Of a DNA stretch of 64,000 nucleotides, positions 25,381-40,827 are shown in pieces. The DNA comes from Rhynchobatus australiae (lineage: Eukaryota), in assembly GCA_034780895.1 (NCBI GenBank), contig JAUZTB010000071.1:5678891-5742890 (forward strand), written 5' to 3'. A program made the position numbers and the translations under genes. The notes under the pieces were generated by a model that saw only the letters and a list, made by a program, of their open reading frames with translations, did no database searches and was not told the DNA's origin. The stretch's first letter is position 1; each line of letters starts with the position of its first letter.

Positions 25381-26173
25381 AAGCTAGGAAAGAGAAGTAG
25401 AAAAGCTCAAAGAGGGAATTCCAGACACAGTAACCAACAGAGCAACAACTGAATTGTGGGATGCTCAAGATGCCAAAATTGGAGGAGAACTGATATTGCA
25501 AAGGTTATACCAATGGAGGAGATTACAGAGATAAGGGTGCGAAAGGCTGTATATTTGAAAAGAGTGAGAATTATAGGTCAGCTACTGTAGGGAGAAGTAG
25601 AAGGTGAGAGGCAGAACTTTGGATGACCTCAAGTAGACAGGAAAGGAATGGACAAGGGTTCCAGCAGCAGATGACCCGAGACAGGTCTGGAGGCAGCCAA
25701 TGATAAGGACATGGAAAGTCATTTCAAGGCACATCAATATTTGGCCTACTAACTGTGAGGATAAAGAATGTCAGGCCAGGCCCTATGAACCCAGTTTTGA
25801 AACTTCGGGGGAAATTAAATACAATTTGAAAATTGAAAACTATTAACAATTGTAAGGGGGAATGTGGAAGAGAAATTGGGTGGCTATCTCCCATTCTAGA
25901 TCCCACATACATGATGGCTATTTTATACCTGTAGGTCCAAATGTGACTTCCCACCTGTTGGCATTAATGTTTAAAAGTGGAAGTTGGACTGCATTGATAT
26001 CAGTAAAAAGTTTTGTAATTTGCTCTTAATTAAAAATCTGATTCAGTGATTTCCTCAATAACTAAAATGACTTGAAAATATTACCAATGCTAGAAATGTT
26101 TTGATAAGGTAAAACATCTGACAACAGATCTCCCGCGACTGTGGATCTAGACAACACCTAGCATCAGAACTCA

Positions 26174-26281
<108 letters not shown>

Positions 26282-29200
26282 TTAGACAAAAAAGTACAGA
26301 TAAGCATTAGATAAGCAGCTTTATAAACACGACCATAACAAGCGTACAACATAAATTTTAAATAATTGATCGGTCGGCTCATAATTTTGCTTCTTGTTTT
26401 GCAATGGGTTCAATATAAAAACTTTCTAACAAGTTCACAAGCATTGTTTCACAGGTTCGTCTGAACTCCTCGAATGAAGCAGACGCGTCCATCCAGGAGC
26501 CGCTGACAAAGAAATATGTCGATGTGATTGATATGAAACAGTACTTTGGCAGATTTGAAGTGTTCAGAAACAGCTAAAGACGTGTTGAGTTCATGTCGAG
26601 GACATTTCCTCTTAAAGAACTGAGGGACGGAGCCTGTTAGTCAGGACTGTCCCATCACTCGTCCACGTTCACAACTGATCGGTTGCTTAAGTCTTTCTAC
26701 CCACCAAGGCTCCTTAACACTTAAATTTGCCTCACAACGTTCTGTAGATTTGAAATTGTCAATTTTAATCCACCCTCGCTTGCTATTGCAAGGAAGTGAG
26801 AGTTTCAGATATCCACTGTCCTTGACTTAAAAATGAAATGCTCACGATGGGGGAATTATTGAATCCAGAAGTATTTAGCTTCGGGGGCACTAAACGAGCT
26901 CATTCTTCCTACAAACACAGACTACAATTGCATAGAGTTGACAGGGAAGAGATGTACAGTCTTCCATCAATATTCAGTATGAAATATAACACATGGAAAC
27001 GACGGTATTCCTTCACGGCAATCAGTGAACTCAATCCGGTAACAAATCGTGGAAAGTCACATGATTTACACGCTGTCATGACAACCCCGCGGACACCACT
27101 AAACTCTGGCGTCCGCACAGAGACAGGAACACAGCCTTGCATTCAGATGAAGTTAATAAACTCTTTTTGCTTTATTAATCAACGTCACTTCGACTTCCAA
27201 AGCAAAATTATTGCTTCGCAACACGCTATAGACTATGCGATCCCATATGAGACGACGTCGTGAAATGCAGATCATTTGGAATGGAAACGCGAATGAACAG
27301 AGAATGCCAATATTTTTGAGAACATTACAAGGTTAGAAATATCTGGATATGAAAGAAAATGTGCATCTTGAAACAAGTCTTGCATGGTGAGTAAACTAGT
27401 GTTGTATGGATTTTATAAATCACATAAAACAAACTATAAACCCTTGGTGGAATTAGAACAAAGTTTGAAAAGAATTATCAGTCTTGACCTCTGTCAATGC
27501 CAACATTAAAAATAATAAAAGACTGGCAATTTACAGAATGTATCCAAACACACAAAATAGCTCAGACAAGGAACAGCTTACTTTTGCTGGCAAAATATAT
27601 TACAATGTGAAACGAGTTTTTTATTTGCTTTTGATTCGGTGCACTTTTCAAAACCCTGAAACATTTCATTTGGAGAACTATAAATCGTTGTGAGCGATAG
27701 TTGTCTGCAAATGAGTCTCGGTTGGAAAGTGGGACCAGAAAATGAGAGATTACAGGAAGAAAAATAATTTACCTCTTTATATAAGAAAATGTATTCAGTC
27801 CTCATGACATTCCAGAGAGTATCCTAACAAATAAATCACTTGTAAAATCAAAGTCACGTGGCAATTATAAAGAAATATTAAATGGGCTTGCCTACAAATA
27901 GTACAGTACATAGAGCTTGTCGAGAGGGATTGATCTGATTGGAGGGTTCAGATGCTTTTTTTCTGGAGGGGGAAGCACAGATGGAAATGTTTGCAATGCT
28001 GCAATTTAATCAGTGTTCATTATTTTAATGTACAAAATTGGCCATTTGTGAGTTATTTCAAACCTGTAATTTAATTTGCGATTGAGGTTGTTTACAGAGA
28101 TGCGGTCAGATACTTGGCTCAGGCTGTGAGGCTGAAACCTAATTCTAAAGTTCAGGGTGTATTTGGGAGTAGAGTAAAATTAATTGATTTCAGCAAAGGT
28201 GTTCGTTCAGCTGTTTCATGTAGAAAATACTAGACATTTGACATTGATCATGTGCATAACACAAATGAGGGATTGTCTGCTAATTAATTATCTAGAATAT
28301 TGTCATAGTACAGCAAATCCATTGAAATCTAATTATATGGAGAAAATATATGTTTTAGATATATTGTAAAATAAGGCTATTGAACTGGATGACTTCGAGT
28401 CATACGTCATCAAATGATGGAAATGGATTTATGAAAGTGGATCTAAAACAATAACCCAATCAAAAGTCTCCAACTAACATCCCAAATTAGATCGAATATT
28501 TTTCAAATGTCGTCTNNNNNNNNNNNNNNNNNNNNNNNNNNNNNNNNNNNNNNNNNNNNNNNNNNNNNNNNNNNNNNNNNNNNNNNNNNNNNNNNNNNNN
28601 NNNNNNNNNNNNNNNCTAAATTGTAAGATTAAATTCCTTTCTCCGATTATGTAACTTACTGGGATGATTTTGTTACTCGGTCTTCTCTTTTGAAGCACAT
28701 AATAAATGTAAGTCAGTCATGAAAAGTCTTTGAAGTCCACATTGTCATATATGACGTACTCTTGGGGTATAGTTACTTTAATTGTCTCTATAAATCGTGT
28801 CCCATCGATTACTGGGATGTTTGCTTCTAATAATCAAAATGGTCTTAATTGATTACAGACAGATCTTACATCACAAATAAATAAAACAAAATGGGAAAAA
28901 ATGATTTCATTTTCAAAAAAATGAAAAAATGATTAATAAATTGTGCAACAGCATGATCTGGTTACAATATGAGAAGTTGCATTCATCTCATAATCATCAT
29001 ATATTTAATGTGCATCACAATGAAAAACTTAGATACTGTCAGTATATTATAATATCATACATAATGTAAGTATGGTACCTGTGCATACATGTACTTGTGC
29101 AGATGACAATAAACTCGACTTTGACTTTGACACAGTTCCCTACCAAGAAGTTTTCTCTTGAAAATCCCAAATGCAGTGTAAACTTAAAATATGCAAGTAG

Positions 29201-30060
29201 GTGGAATATCATCTAGTCTCGATAATATTGTAAAATTAAACTGATTAAATGAATATACGTCATTTAAAAATGCCAGTTGAGGATGCTCTGATTATCTGGT
29301 GATTGGGAACAATTTTATAGCAACAGTTTTACATTCTGTCCGTAATTCATACATTAGCCAGATAGGAACGGGCAGAAGCTGTTAGTTACCGTGTTGGGCG
29401 AGGGGAGGTTTACAAGGGTTTTCGTATAATGAAGGGATTACCACGACCTCAGCAACAAGCCGAACAAAGCTCCAGCTGTTCCAACACGTCACATGAACCG
29501 TCAGATTGTGTTACAGCCTTTTCTCCTACCTAGGTGGACGTTATGTTTTAATCAAAGATATTTGCGTCATTCGTGAACATTGGGGTAAGTTCTGAACGTT
29601 GGCCGAAGGTCAATGATAAAGGAGTGTTAAGGTATACTGGCGACGTTAAACACCTGAATCCATTTGTGAAACTCTCAGAATGGGTGCGGGGACCATTCGT
29701 ACTGTTCTGATAAGGTGAATGGGGGAGAGCAGAGCTCCCTGAGTCCCATCTGTTTCACCATTCGAGGTGCTGCTGATATATGTTTAGTGANNNNNNNNNN
29801 AACAAAGACATCTAATGATTCTAAGAAGGAAAGCAGGTGAAACCATGGCTCCTCCACAAAAACACAACTGGTACATTGTAACACAATTCCCAGTGCCGTT
29901 GAGTTATTTCGGCCTTACTAATTTAACCAACTGAAAGCCTAAATGTGCGAGCTGATTTGAGTTTATTAGCCGCGGGAGATAAATAAATCTAGTAATATTA
30001 CACCATTGCAACCGCGCCTTATTCAGTTAATTATCACTGTCCGTGAAAGGGATTTCTTTA

Positions 30061-30480
<420 letters not shown>

Positions 30481-30856
30481 TCAATTACACGTTGACTTCA
30501 GTGGTAATTTCGACACAATAGCAATTTCTGAATTCCTAGCATTGTTGAATAGGGTACGGAGATTGACTTAGAAAGCCTGACTGTGAAGTCCTTCAAATGG
30601 ATGAACGAAATTAAACACAATGGATTTTTTTCCCCCAAGAAAGAAACCAGTCTTACGCTGTGTAGGAAATCAAGGCCTGTGTGAGAAAGCAAGGGAAAAC
30701 TGAAAATAATTTAATACCTTAAAACGTGTAACTTCTCATTCAACAATAACTCCCTTATACTCAGTGAAACGCGCAGAATGTTAGGATTCCATAAAAGTCA
30801 GCAACATCAATAAAGACTGTGGAAACGAGAAGACGAATATTATGCTCCCTTGATTC

Positions 30857-30935
30857 AAAACAGAAAATGCTGGAAACACTCAGTATGTTGGGCAGCATCT
30901 ATAGAAAGAGAAGCAGTTAACGTTTCCGGTCATTT
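30857..30935 (-). mobile_element. Penelope-terminal-like repeat, truncated; similar pieces at 8487-8600, 20691-20780, 23515-23610 and 57270-57313
   Basis: AAAACAGAAAATGCTGGAAACACTCAG...GCAGCATCT...GTTAACGTTTC. Confidence 0.6.
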
Positions 30936-33394
30936 TCACCACGCTTCCTTTGATTATTTCACAATGAGAAGGGTAGAACACGTGTAATCCTCTGGAAGCT
31001 TGGTTAACAATCCACTCAGACGACGCGAAAAGCAAGTGGGAATGTTAGAACCCCGCGTTTAAAGGAAGGCGCTTCTCTGCTCACCTTATCGCTGCCCTTG
31101 AGTTCAATAAAAGAAAGGGAATGGTTCCTTTCAAAAGTTAAAACCTTCACAGGCGTCGATAATTTTTGGGAGGGTTTACACGGGTTCATTTCGGAATCAT
31201 TTGCGTCACATTTGGAAATAGAAAAACATGGAAGTATTCCAGCCGGTAACATTGTACCTTAACGGGATTAAAGTATTCCTCTGGTTTAGTACATTGATAA
31301 CCGCGTCCATTTTCATTGTCCCAAATCTAATAAACCATTCTCTCCACTGCCAAGCTATGTTGGCGCTACGCTTTCCATCGAATTTTATAGAAATGTCACT
31401 CGCTGAATGGTGAGGAAAAAATTCCAGGAGTAGCTCCTTTAAAAAAAAATTACATGATGAAGAATGTTGAATAACGAGTGCTTCACAAACTTACGATGAG
31501 GTTTGTTAAGTGGCTTTGATCTGCCCTTGGAAAAGAAGTTCAATTGTTTTTTCTTATTTATATGTTTTTTTTAAAACACTGTTAGTGAAAGATGACCTCA
31601 CAGGTGGGAACTGGGCTGCCAGACTTAAATCAAACACTGATACCTCTCGTCTGCTATGGTGTTTCCCATTCACTCTATATACCAGCTTTACCTCAAATGT
31701 ATCTTTAGATATAGACGCGGTTACCAAGCAACTGGGTATAAATAGCAGTGTGTGTGTTATCCACTCCTGTACTTAAGCATATTTCTCAAACACTTCATCG
31801 CACAAAGTCAGGGGTTAGCCACTTTGGAAAGTTATGCATGGTGCAAAAATCGTAGCCCACTGCTTTCTTTTGCATCTACTTGTACACATCGGTCTTCTAG
31901 TCATCTTTCAGAAAGGAAATAACTGCATGACACTCGAGTGCTGACTATCTTCAACACATGACCAGAGAATATATCTCTAACTGTAGAAGTAAAGAAGTCA
32001 TCCATTCTAATATTTGGCACGTGGATTATTCGTTCACAGATAATTGCACAGCCCTGCTTGTCCTTATTCATTCAGGGGTACTTCAAGCTGGAGCATCTTC
32101 AGCTTCGGGTGGAACCTTGAGCAGAGATTACAGCAGCAAGAATATACCAAGGTGCATGCAGTATAATGCGATCTCCGCTGGCAGAAAGGCAAACAAGAAT
32201 TCCCACCTTACCCCCACCCCTCCCAACCTTGGGTCTGCTTAAGTCCAAATAGAAAGTTGCAGGCGGTTCCTGTCGGCAAAAGATTTGCTTCTCAATGGGC
32301 GAACCCCGTCACTTCCCTTCAATAAAACGACTAACGTCAGCTATGGAGAGACACCGTCTCACGAAGAAATTACAGAGGCTCCTCTGCACCGGGGATGTTT
32401 ATGTAGAATCACTACTGAATTACAGGCAGAGGACAAGAGGAGGCAATGTTCCCTTCCTGAGGCTATATTATAGTTTTAAAGTGCATTTGTTTTTGCTCGA
32501 CCATAACCTCATTTGCATAGTAAGCGAACAATTTCCGAACGGTAGGTAAAGGGTGGAAGCAAAATACTGATGAGGCACAACAGGTTATAACTATTCACCA
32601 GTCGAGTATATGGTTGAAGTTGAGTATTGGTCACACATCACACACATTGTACATGAAACTGCGCGGGGATGCACCCTGGTAGTTAAAGCTTTCTGAGAAC
32701 ATGCGAATGATTCTGCCAGCTCTTTATGAAATTAAAGATCTTTGTCTTCAACCAGTAAGAGGCACAGGTTCGGTAATTATTTTCTCAATGACTCGGGTGC
32801 ATTGTGGAACGTGTATGTAATACACACATACACATAAACGTACACACATACACGTAAACGGCAAGCAGAGGCAGTCTCTCTTCGGTAAACATTTCCCCAA
32901 CCTATTCTATATGGTGTTTCCGATCCAGCAATGTCAGTTTCCCTGTTAACATTCCTGCGTGGCCTTTATTGTGAGCTGCAGGCTCCTGTGCTGTGACAGA
33001 CATAACGTGGACAGTTACCAACACCCGTGTTTGCCAGTCTAGAGAGCAGGGCACGTTGGTGGTTTTGTTGTCACCGACGGCGACACCGACGGCGGACTGT
33101 ACATTTCGATGGCAAAGGAAGGATTGGCCGCAATTCTGCCCAGGTTGGTACAGGGGTTGGCTATTCACCTGCTCGACAGGCCGGGCCCCAAAACCACCAG
33201 TGAACACTGTACTGCGCGGAGTAAACATCTGTTAAACTCTGAATGCGACGCTCGTGTACGCATTATCGGAATTGTCTTAATCCCGCCGCACGTCTGATCC
33301 GTGTCTGCTTTGCAACATGCTCACATCTTTCCTGCAGACTGCTGACACCGATTATTTACAAAAAGCTAGTCAGTCTCTTGTTCCCTTTCCACAT

Positions 33395-33554
33395 TCACAC
33401 ACACACACAGNNNNNNNNNNNNNNNNNNNNNNNNNNNNNNNNNNNNNNNNNNNNNNNNNNNNNNNNNNNNNNNNNNNNNNNNNNNNNNNNNNNNNNNNNN
33501 NNNNNNNNNNTCCACATTCACACACACACACAGACACACAGACACACACACACA

Positions 33555-33594
<40 letters not shown>

Positions 33595-33607
33595 TACACA
33601 CACACAC
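33395..33607. repeat. (CA)n microsatellite spanning a gap
   Basis: Direct reading; the flanks of the gap are duplicated. Confidence 0.9.
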
Positions 33608-33879
33608 CACATTTTTCAGAGGCACTGATCCATACAAAATCAGATAAATGATCCAATGAACATTTAACATACAATTCATTATGCGACGTATTACACGGGG
33701 CACACAGCAGCCGTTTAATCGATGCTGGGGTAAGTTAATATCATGTTCAAATTATACCATCACGCCGCCACACCCCGTGGGTGAATTTGCCACGCAAAAT
33801 AATAACGTACGTTATATAAAATAAACCCGATCATCACCCTTCCTGTGTAGATATATATCTATATGAAGGAATATAACCC

Positions 33880-34100
33880 TGTGCATGTAGTGACGTGGAC
33901 AGTGGCTGCAGTGCCCACTTCTGGTTACTATAGCGACCGTCGTTATACTTCCTAAGATTTCCCCACCCCACCCCCTCCCCGCGGGGAAAAAAAAATCTGT
34001 AAATACGGCTAACAAGCGGATAGCGTAGAAACCCACCAGCCATACCTGAAATCCAAAACCAGCCCTGTGAAATCCATTTTGGATATTGGCGCATGCTTCA
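33880..34100. promoter_or_regulatory. Intronic regulatory element or alternative promoter candidate
   Basis: X-box GTTACTATAGCGAC (33924-33937), TGACGT half-CRE (33891), and ATTGG followed by GCGCATGC (about 34085-34096). The region is CpG-rich. Confidence 0.35.
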
Positions 34101-34144
34101 GCCAAAATGCAAATTAGTTGAGAGGATTATCAGCCACCAGTCTG

Positions 34145-34299
34145 TCAGTGTGTGAGTGCGAGACCCCCTGATTGTGTGTGCGTGAGTGCACGTGTGTTTG
34201 GGAGGTAATATGAGAATAGGGTCCTGTGTTGTGATTGAGTGTTTGGGCGTGCGGCGTGTGTATGTCAGAGGGTGAGCAGATGTGAGAGTTTAAGTGTAA

Positions 34300-34336
<37 letters not shown>

Positions 34337-34625
34337 GTCATGAATATATACTATGTATGAGCGTTTGAGGCCATATATATTCGATTCTGTGTCTACGTGT
34401 CTAATTTTTTTCTGAGTGTGTCATAAATGCATGTGCACAGTGGGCGTGAGTGTATTTGAAGGAGGATGTGTGTGCCATTAAATGTATGTGTTTGCGTTTG
34501 AGTGCATTTGTGTTTGAGTGTGTCTGTATGTGTGTATGAATTTGTGCTTACGTTTGTGTCTCTGTGTGTGTGTGTGTGTGTGTGTGTGAATGTATTTACG
34601 TGTGCGTTTGAACTGAGTGTGCAGG
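34145..34625. repeat. TG-rich low-complexity tract with two (TG)n runs
   Basis: Direct reading (34301-34334 and 34563-34588). Confidence 0.85.
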
Positions 34626-36842
34626 TCTGAGGCTGTGAAGGGTTGGTGTCTGCATGGATCTGCAGATGACGCTCTTCGCCCTCCACATGACTGATTTTAC
34701 GTTGAATTAACTTTCACAGCAGCTGAGATAAACAAACTGTCCGACTCCACTGGTGCAGTAACCAGCAGCGGGGATACATTCTTGCTTCTCTCTTATGCGG
34801 GCACGATTGAATCAAACTTTTACGTTGGAATAAATTTTAAAATGAACACTTCACTCTGCTAAGGAATCAACTCACAACTCTGACACTACTGATCAATTTC
34901 TCCGGGAGTTCGACTGAAACCCAACTGCCTGTATCTGGGACTGGACCTATCGCTCGGGAAATGGTGACTTTGTAAGGAAACATTAATTGTGGTAACGCAT
35001 GATCCCCAGTTTGCGACGGACAACCTTTGGCGGGGCGGTGACATTTGAAAAAAAACTGTCAAAATCTGCATTTTTAAAGCATTTAACTCCTCCGTGTTTC
35101 ACATCTTTACCCGATACTTATTTGCTTTAAATGCAGAGATAATGTAATGAAGTTACCAAATGGGAGAATACTGGATTATAAATACAGAGTTCTGGCAGAT
35201 ACAAATGACCCGCCATGTGANNNNNNNNNNNNNNNNNNNNNNNNNNNNNNNNNNNNNNNNNNNNNNNNNNNNNNNNNNNNNNNNNNNNNNNNNNNNNNNN
35301 NNNNNNNNNNNNNNNNNNNNNNNNNNNNNNNNNNNNNNNNNNNNNNNNNNNNNNNNNNNNNNNNNNNNNNNNNNNNNNNNNNNNNNNNNNNNNNNNNNNN
35401 NNNNNNNNNNNNNNNNNNNNNNNNNNNNNNNNNNNNNNNNNNNNNNNNNNNNNNNNNNNNNNNNNNNNNNNNNNNNNNNNNNNATCGCTGGCTATTAGAT
35501 TTCGGGCCAGTGACAGAAGGCTCAAAGGTTGTAGGTCACAGCGCTTCCCCTGTTTCTGTCAGAGTCAACACATCTCTTTACTTAACTTTCGCGGTGGATT
35601 AGATTTCCCGCCCGCGCCGTGCTCCAAAACACTACAATCGCCAAGGAATCAGCTGACGTTCCTTGGTCATTAATCGCAGTAAACGCGAATCTGCTGGTGT
35701 AACAAAAAGATGCCAAGCGCCATTGGAAGATTTTGCTCTCCAACTCTGCTTGAGGTGCTGGTTGGGAGAATAAAAATCTTCGCTGTAACTTTGGTCGACA
35801 TCGTTGCCATCAACGTGGCTTACAGCAAGTAACTGAGGGAAGATAACTCAATGTTTCCGAACCTCTCCTTACACACAAGTTGCAAAGTAGTAAAAATGTA
35901 AATGTATCTCCAGGTGATTGGACTTCACAATAATGCAACTTAAATCCATGCGTGGAACAACTGGGCAGAACTGGAACTTATAATAGACATTAACACTACA
36001 GGCTGTTCTCTAATATTTTATATACAATAAATTCAGACAAGTTGATTGCCGAAGTGTTTGGTTTTAAAAACGTCCACTACACTGATGGTTGTTGTTGCAA
36101 CGGGAATGTCCGATATGTGTAACCCTTATGCATAAGACCACACAGAAACATGCACAGACAGAACTCAAATCTGTGCATCCCGATTCATCCAAGTAAACAA
36201 TGTGGGCCTTGTGGCGGAAAGGATGCCAGCCTGGAATTCAGTGCAGCGGATTGGAGAATCTTAAACAGCTTGTCTTGTCAAAAGGATTTATTGCATAAAT
36301 AGTCTTAAAGAAACTCAGTGTTAGTTAATATTAAGATGGGGTTTTAAATTATAAGACTACTTACTGTTCCCAGAGGAGCTAACACAGTTCAGGCCTAGTC
36401 TAGTGTTTTCCACGGAGTTGCGGGGATCCCCCCACGTCCCATTCCTGCTCCCCTATGACCCGTGAACTTGCTTTTCACAGCAAGGGGAACCCAGTTTACA
36501 GGCGCGGCGCTCTCATTACTGCGCAGCCGGCTGGGATGGAAGGGAGTGGCAGTAAATTAGAGCTACTTGGCCGTTGTCACTTTCAAGACAATTTTGCAAA
36601 CATCAATCGAATTGTTGCCAAGCCATTACTGAGATGATATTAATAACAAATATACTGTCGATATATACAAAAATTAAGATTGCAATGTATACGTTATGTT
36701 TTACGTACATTATGAATAACAGATAAAATGCATATAATTCTANNNNNNNNNNNNNNNNNNNNNNNNNNNNNNNNNNNNNNNNNNNNNNNNNNNNNNNNNN
36801 NNNNNNNNNNNNNNNNNNNNNNNNNNNNNNNNNNNNNNNNNN

Positions 36843-37230
36843 TCATCGGTCTGTTGCCCTCCACAGTTGCTGCCTGACCCACTGAGTTCCTCCAGCATCT
36901 TGTGTGTTGTTCCAGATTCCAGCACCTGTAGCCTCGTGTCTGCAAGCAGTGAGGGAGCCCACCAACAGAAGCCAATAAAGCTTGGCCTGGGAGAGACATG
37001 ACCAGGACATGCATCATCCAGTCTCTCCTTCCCTCATTTGTTCTCTCTGCCTCTACCCATTTCTTTATCAAATCACTGCTTGTTTTATCTCTAACTTTCC
37101 CCAATTCTGATGAAGTTCTGGAGCATTAGCTCTGTCTCTCTCTCTCCCCAGAGGAGCTGCCTGACTTCCTGAATATTTCTAGCATTTCTGATGTGACTTC
37201 AGATTCACATCATCTGGGATATTTTGTTTC
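36843..37230 (+). mobile_element. Two adjacent Penelope-terminal-like repeats
   Basis: GCTGCCTGACCCACTGAGTTCCTCCAGCATCTTGTGTG (36868-36906), and TTCTGATGAAG..GCTGCCTGACTTCCTGAATATTTCTAGCATTT (37105-37188) with the hammerhead stem II deleted. Confidence 0.6.
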
Positions 37231-39499
37231 AGGGACCAATTGGATAACTCTTTTAGGAAGTGGTGTATCGGCTGCTTTTGTGCCATATAATTCTATGACT
37301 TTTAAGCAAGAAATGTTTCTCTCTGGCTGAACCGTGTGAGGCTCAGTTCTGTTGGGTTTCCAACGAGCAGAATACATTTCTGTTGTACGGGCTGCCGAAC
37401 GTGCCAGAATGTAGTTAGTTTCCTTTTGACAGGCAACCGTCCGACTTCATTCCGATTGGTAAAACCCCAATCGAACCTAACTCATTTCCACACGAACTCC
37501 AACCTTGCCACTGCTGGAGGCGGCTACTCGTGATAAAGTCAGGGAGAACGGCGGCGAAAAGAGCAGAGCGGAGCCTTCAAAAAGAAAGACAACTTCCAGA
37601 GTGCCCCAGTTGACACCGGCAGAAGCAGGTCCACAATTAAGAGTTGAGGGACAACGTGTGCTGGCAGCCTTGCAAAGTTAATGTCAATCTGACGTGGTTA
37701 GTGGGACGGGAGTTTCTGACTGCCGGGCACATTTTAGTTACAGACACAATATTGATTGGGTTTGTATATTTAACAGATAGATAATCGCGGACCCGCTTAA
37801 TCTCTGAAAGTTGTGTAACTCGACTCCTAACTCTTGTTTTCTTGTTCGTATTCTACTTGTTGCCCTGAATTGTCGGGGGACCTCAATAAAAGGGAGGACG
37901 ACTGTCCCAGGCGCCGGTCCCGAACGCGCTGCTAGGCGATTGATTCGAGAAAAGCACCGGTCACCGGCGGTTCAGTGTGGCCGCCGAGAAGGGTTGTCGG
38001 TGGGATCGGCTCTCGCTGAAAACATCAGTTGACTCCAGCGGTATAACTGGGGAAACTGCAATGGCTGGGATCCGGATACACTGCACACGTGATTCGGAAA
38101 GAAGACTGTGTCAAGATTTTTGCTGTTTTTTTTTAAAAGTGCTATATCACATGGCGTTCAGTGAAGTGCTCCGCAGTCTCTCTGTAGTAAACACGCGGAT
38201 CAAACTTCCTCTCAAACACGTTTCCATCGCCAACTCGTTCCTCAACACACAGTCTCAGTTCTCGAGATCATCTGGGGGTGGAGGGCAAATTAAAGGGGGT
38301 GGGGGGAGGAGAACACTTTCGTCTTGCGCCGGACAGCAGAGCGAACGGCTCGCAGTACGTTCGGCAGATTCACAACCAAGCCGGCCGCCCCGGTCATTTT
38401 CCTCCTGGGGGCCCCGGGTTTGCGTGTGAAACTCCTACGTTGGGGGCTGTGAAGCGCCTCTCGATCTATTCATATATATGTAAAGCTAAAGAGCGGTTCT
38501 CGTATTTCTTGCCTGATTCGATTTAGTTGCGCCAGGGGAGGTCCATGTGTAATTTGCAGAGAACCCAATACGCTCCTCGTATCGAGACATCAACGCGGAC
38601 ACTAACTGAAGCCTCCATTTCAACCCTCACAACACACACTCTGTCTCTCTACCTTTCTCTCTCACACAAATCTATTTGTATATTTTTTTACATCAACCTG
38701 GCTATCAGGGACATCCAATAACNNNNNNNNNNNNNNNNNNNNNNNNNNNNNNNNNNNNNNNNNNNNNNNNNNNNNNNNNNNNNNNNNNNNNNNNNNNNNN
38801 NNNNNNNNNNNNNNNNNNNNNNATCTATTTGTATATTTTTTTTAAACCACACTGTCTGCGAACACCGAACTTCAGATGATAGCCACACTCTTCCCCTCTC
38901 CCGCAAGCACAAATATTCCCGTTCCTGAAACATAAAACAGTTCCTGTAGCGACTTCACATTGCGCTTTGATTGCCGACGGTTGCCGCAAACTCCAGTGTT
39001 ACTGCCGAAACCAGGCGTGGAGTATAATTAAAATAAATATCAAGGAAATGCCGAAATGATATTAGTCATTATACCTGATAGGTTGAATAAATCATGGGAC
39101 TGACTTCGCAGGGGATAAGCTACGATTAAATTAAACTTGAGTCTCATGCAGACTCCCAGCTTCCTGATCCTGAACAAAATACATTCTTAATTCCAAGCAG
39201 CTATTTTCACATAGATATCCTTTACTACAATCGCGGTAAGTTTAAACCGGCGCTCGAGAAGCCAAAGTTGTACAAACTGCTAACATCAAGAAATAGATTC
39301 ACCTCCAGTTCAAAACACACAACACGTGCATTAAAAAAACGCGTTTCGGTATAGTTTCGTTATAACTAACCAGAACTACAGCGACACAAGCAGTTGAGTT
39401 TGGACACAGACTCCTGGATTTGGTGGTCAGTAAACGTTGTTCCGACTCGTCCCCACATACAAATAAAAATAGTAATAAATGGGGCCAACGCGTCCACAG

Positions 39500-40600
39500 T
39501 TCCCTCCCCCTTGACCCGGGTAGAGATTTAGTTCACCGAGCCGGGTTTCGAAAGTGGGAGGGGAATCACACCGGCTACCAAGTATTTCAAGAAAGGACTC
39601 GGGCGAAATAAGTTCGTAAAAGCGCCGGAGTCGGTGAGATCGCCACTGGACCCTGGCAGTGACAATCAGTACACACTATAGAACTGGATTCTATAAAATC
39701 GTGCCGGTGGCACCCGGGACAAAGTTTTAAATCGTGCCCGATTTCAGGACGGTCGGATTTTTCTCTGCGCACGAGGCTGGCCGAGCCGAGACGACCGGGC
39801 TTTGGAAGGCTCTCCCGGGCGACCGTGAAGCAAACTGGAGCTCAAAGTAAGAGCGATCAGAAGCCAAGTATGTGACCTTTGCAGCCGCGCCTGGTCAATT
39901 TTGCTTGGCTTGGAAAAAACAGTGATTTCGAACTGGTGTTGGGTGAGAGGTAAGACAGGAGACTGGTTCGGGCTCACTTAAACTCGCCAACGTTAAAGTG
40001 AGGGTAGAGAGCGAGAGAGAGAGAGCGAGTGAAAGAGAGAGAGAGAGAGAGAGAGGGAGGGAGAGAGACCGAGCAGCTCGGAGCCTGTACTGGGCACAGA
40101 CAGCCAACTGTAATTCTTCAACAAATAATAGCACCGACTGCCGACTGATGGGGCGGACTGGGTGGCGAAGGGTACGTCTTGGGTCAGTCCGAGCGGCCAC
40201 AGCAAGAACGATCACCAAAGCAACGGAGACAAGCGGCAGAAACACAATGAAAAGTAACAGATCGGTAGAATTGAATTCAAGGCAAGCGGCCATCTTGAAA
40301 TGGAAACAGCGATACGGTGTCAAGCAATCCCGCACCACTAATTTCGTTCAAGTAAAGACATCTGCCGGACGGTTAGCTCAGTCTCCCGGGCCGGTGGGAA
40401 AGTGGGATATTTTTTAAAGTGGTCCCTACCTGCTGGCCGGGCGGCCGCCGTCGCTGGTACCAGGAGCAGAGCGAAGAAAGAGTGTTTGGCTGAAGCTGTT
40501 ACTACAGGCTCCTCGAACAAAATGGCTTTTTTTTTCAGCTCCTGATCGACCGCCCCGTTTAGTCACGTGGGTTCATTCCTTCAGGGTGTCCAGAGGCAGA
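39500..40600 (-). promoter_or_regulatory. PCGF2: CpG-island promoter / first exon region of PCGF2
   Basis: High CpG and GC content. YY1-type CAAGATGGCCGC (minus, 40286-40297), E-box GTCACGTGG (40562-40570), GC box near 40550 and GA repeats. Minus-strand donor candidates follow 39978 (TAA|GTGAGC) and 40430 (CAG|GTAGGG). Confidence 0.6.
40005..40068. repeat. (GA)n tract in the exon 1 region
   Basis: Direct reading. Confidence 0.9.
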
Positions 40601-40609
40601 AATACTGAC

Positions 40610-40628
40610 TGAGAGAAGAAAGACAGAG

Positions 40629-40666
<38 letters not shown>

Positions 40667-40776
40667 GGGCAGAGAAACAGTGACCGAGAAATAACAGGGT
40701 GAGAGACAGACAGACAGAAGGAGACACAAGCGTAGACAGAGAAGGGAACTAAAGGCGCACTGGTACACACACAGAC

Positions 40777-40827
<51 letters not shown>

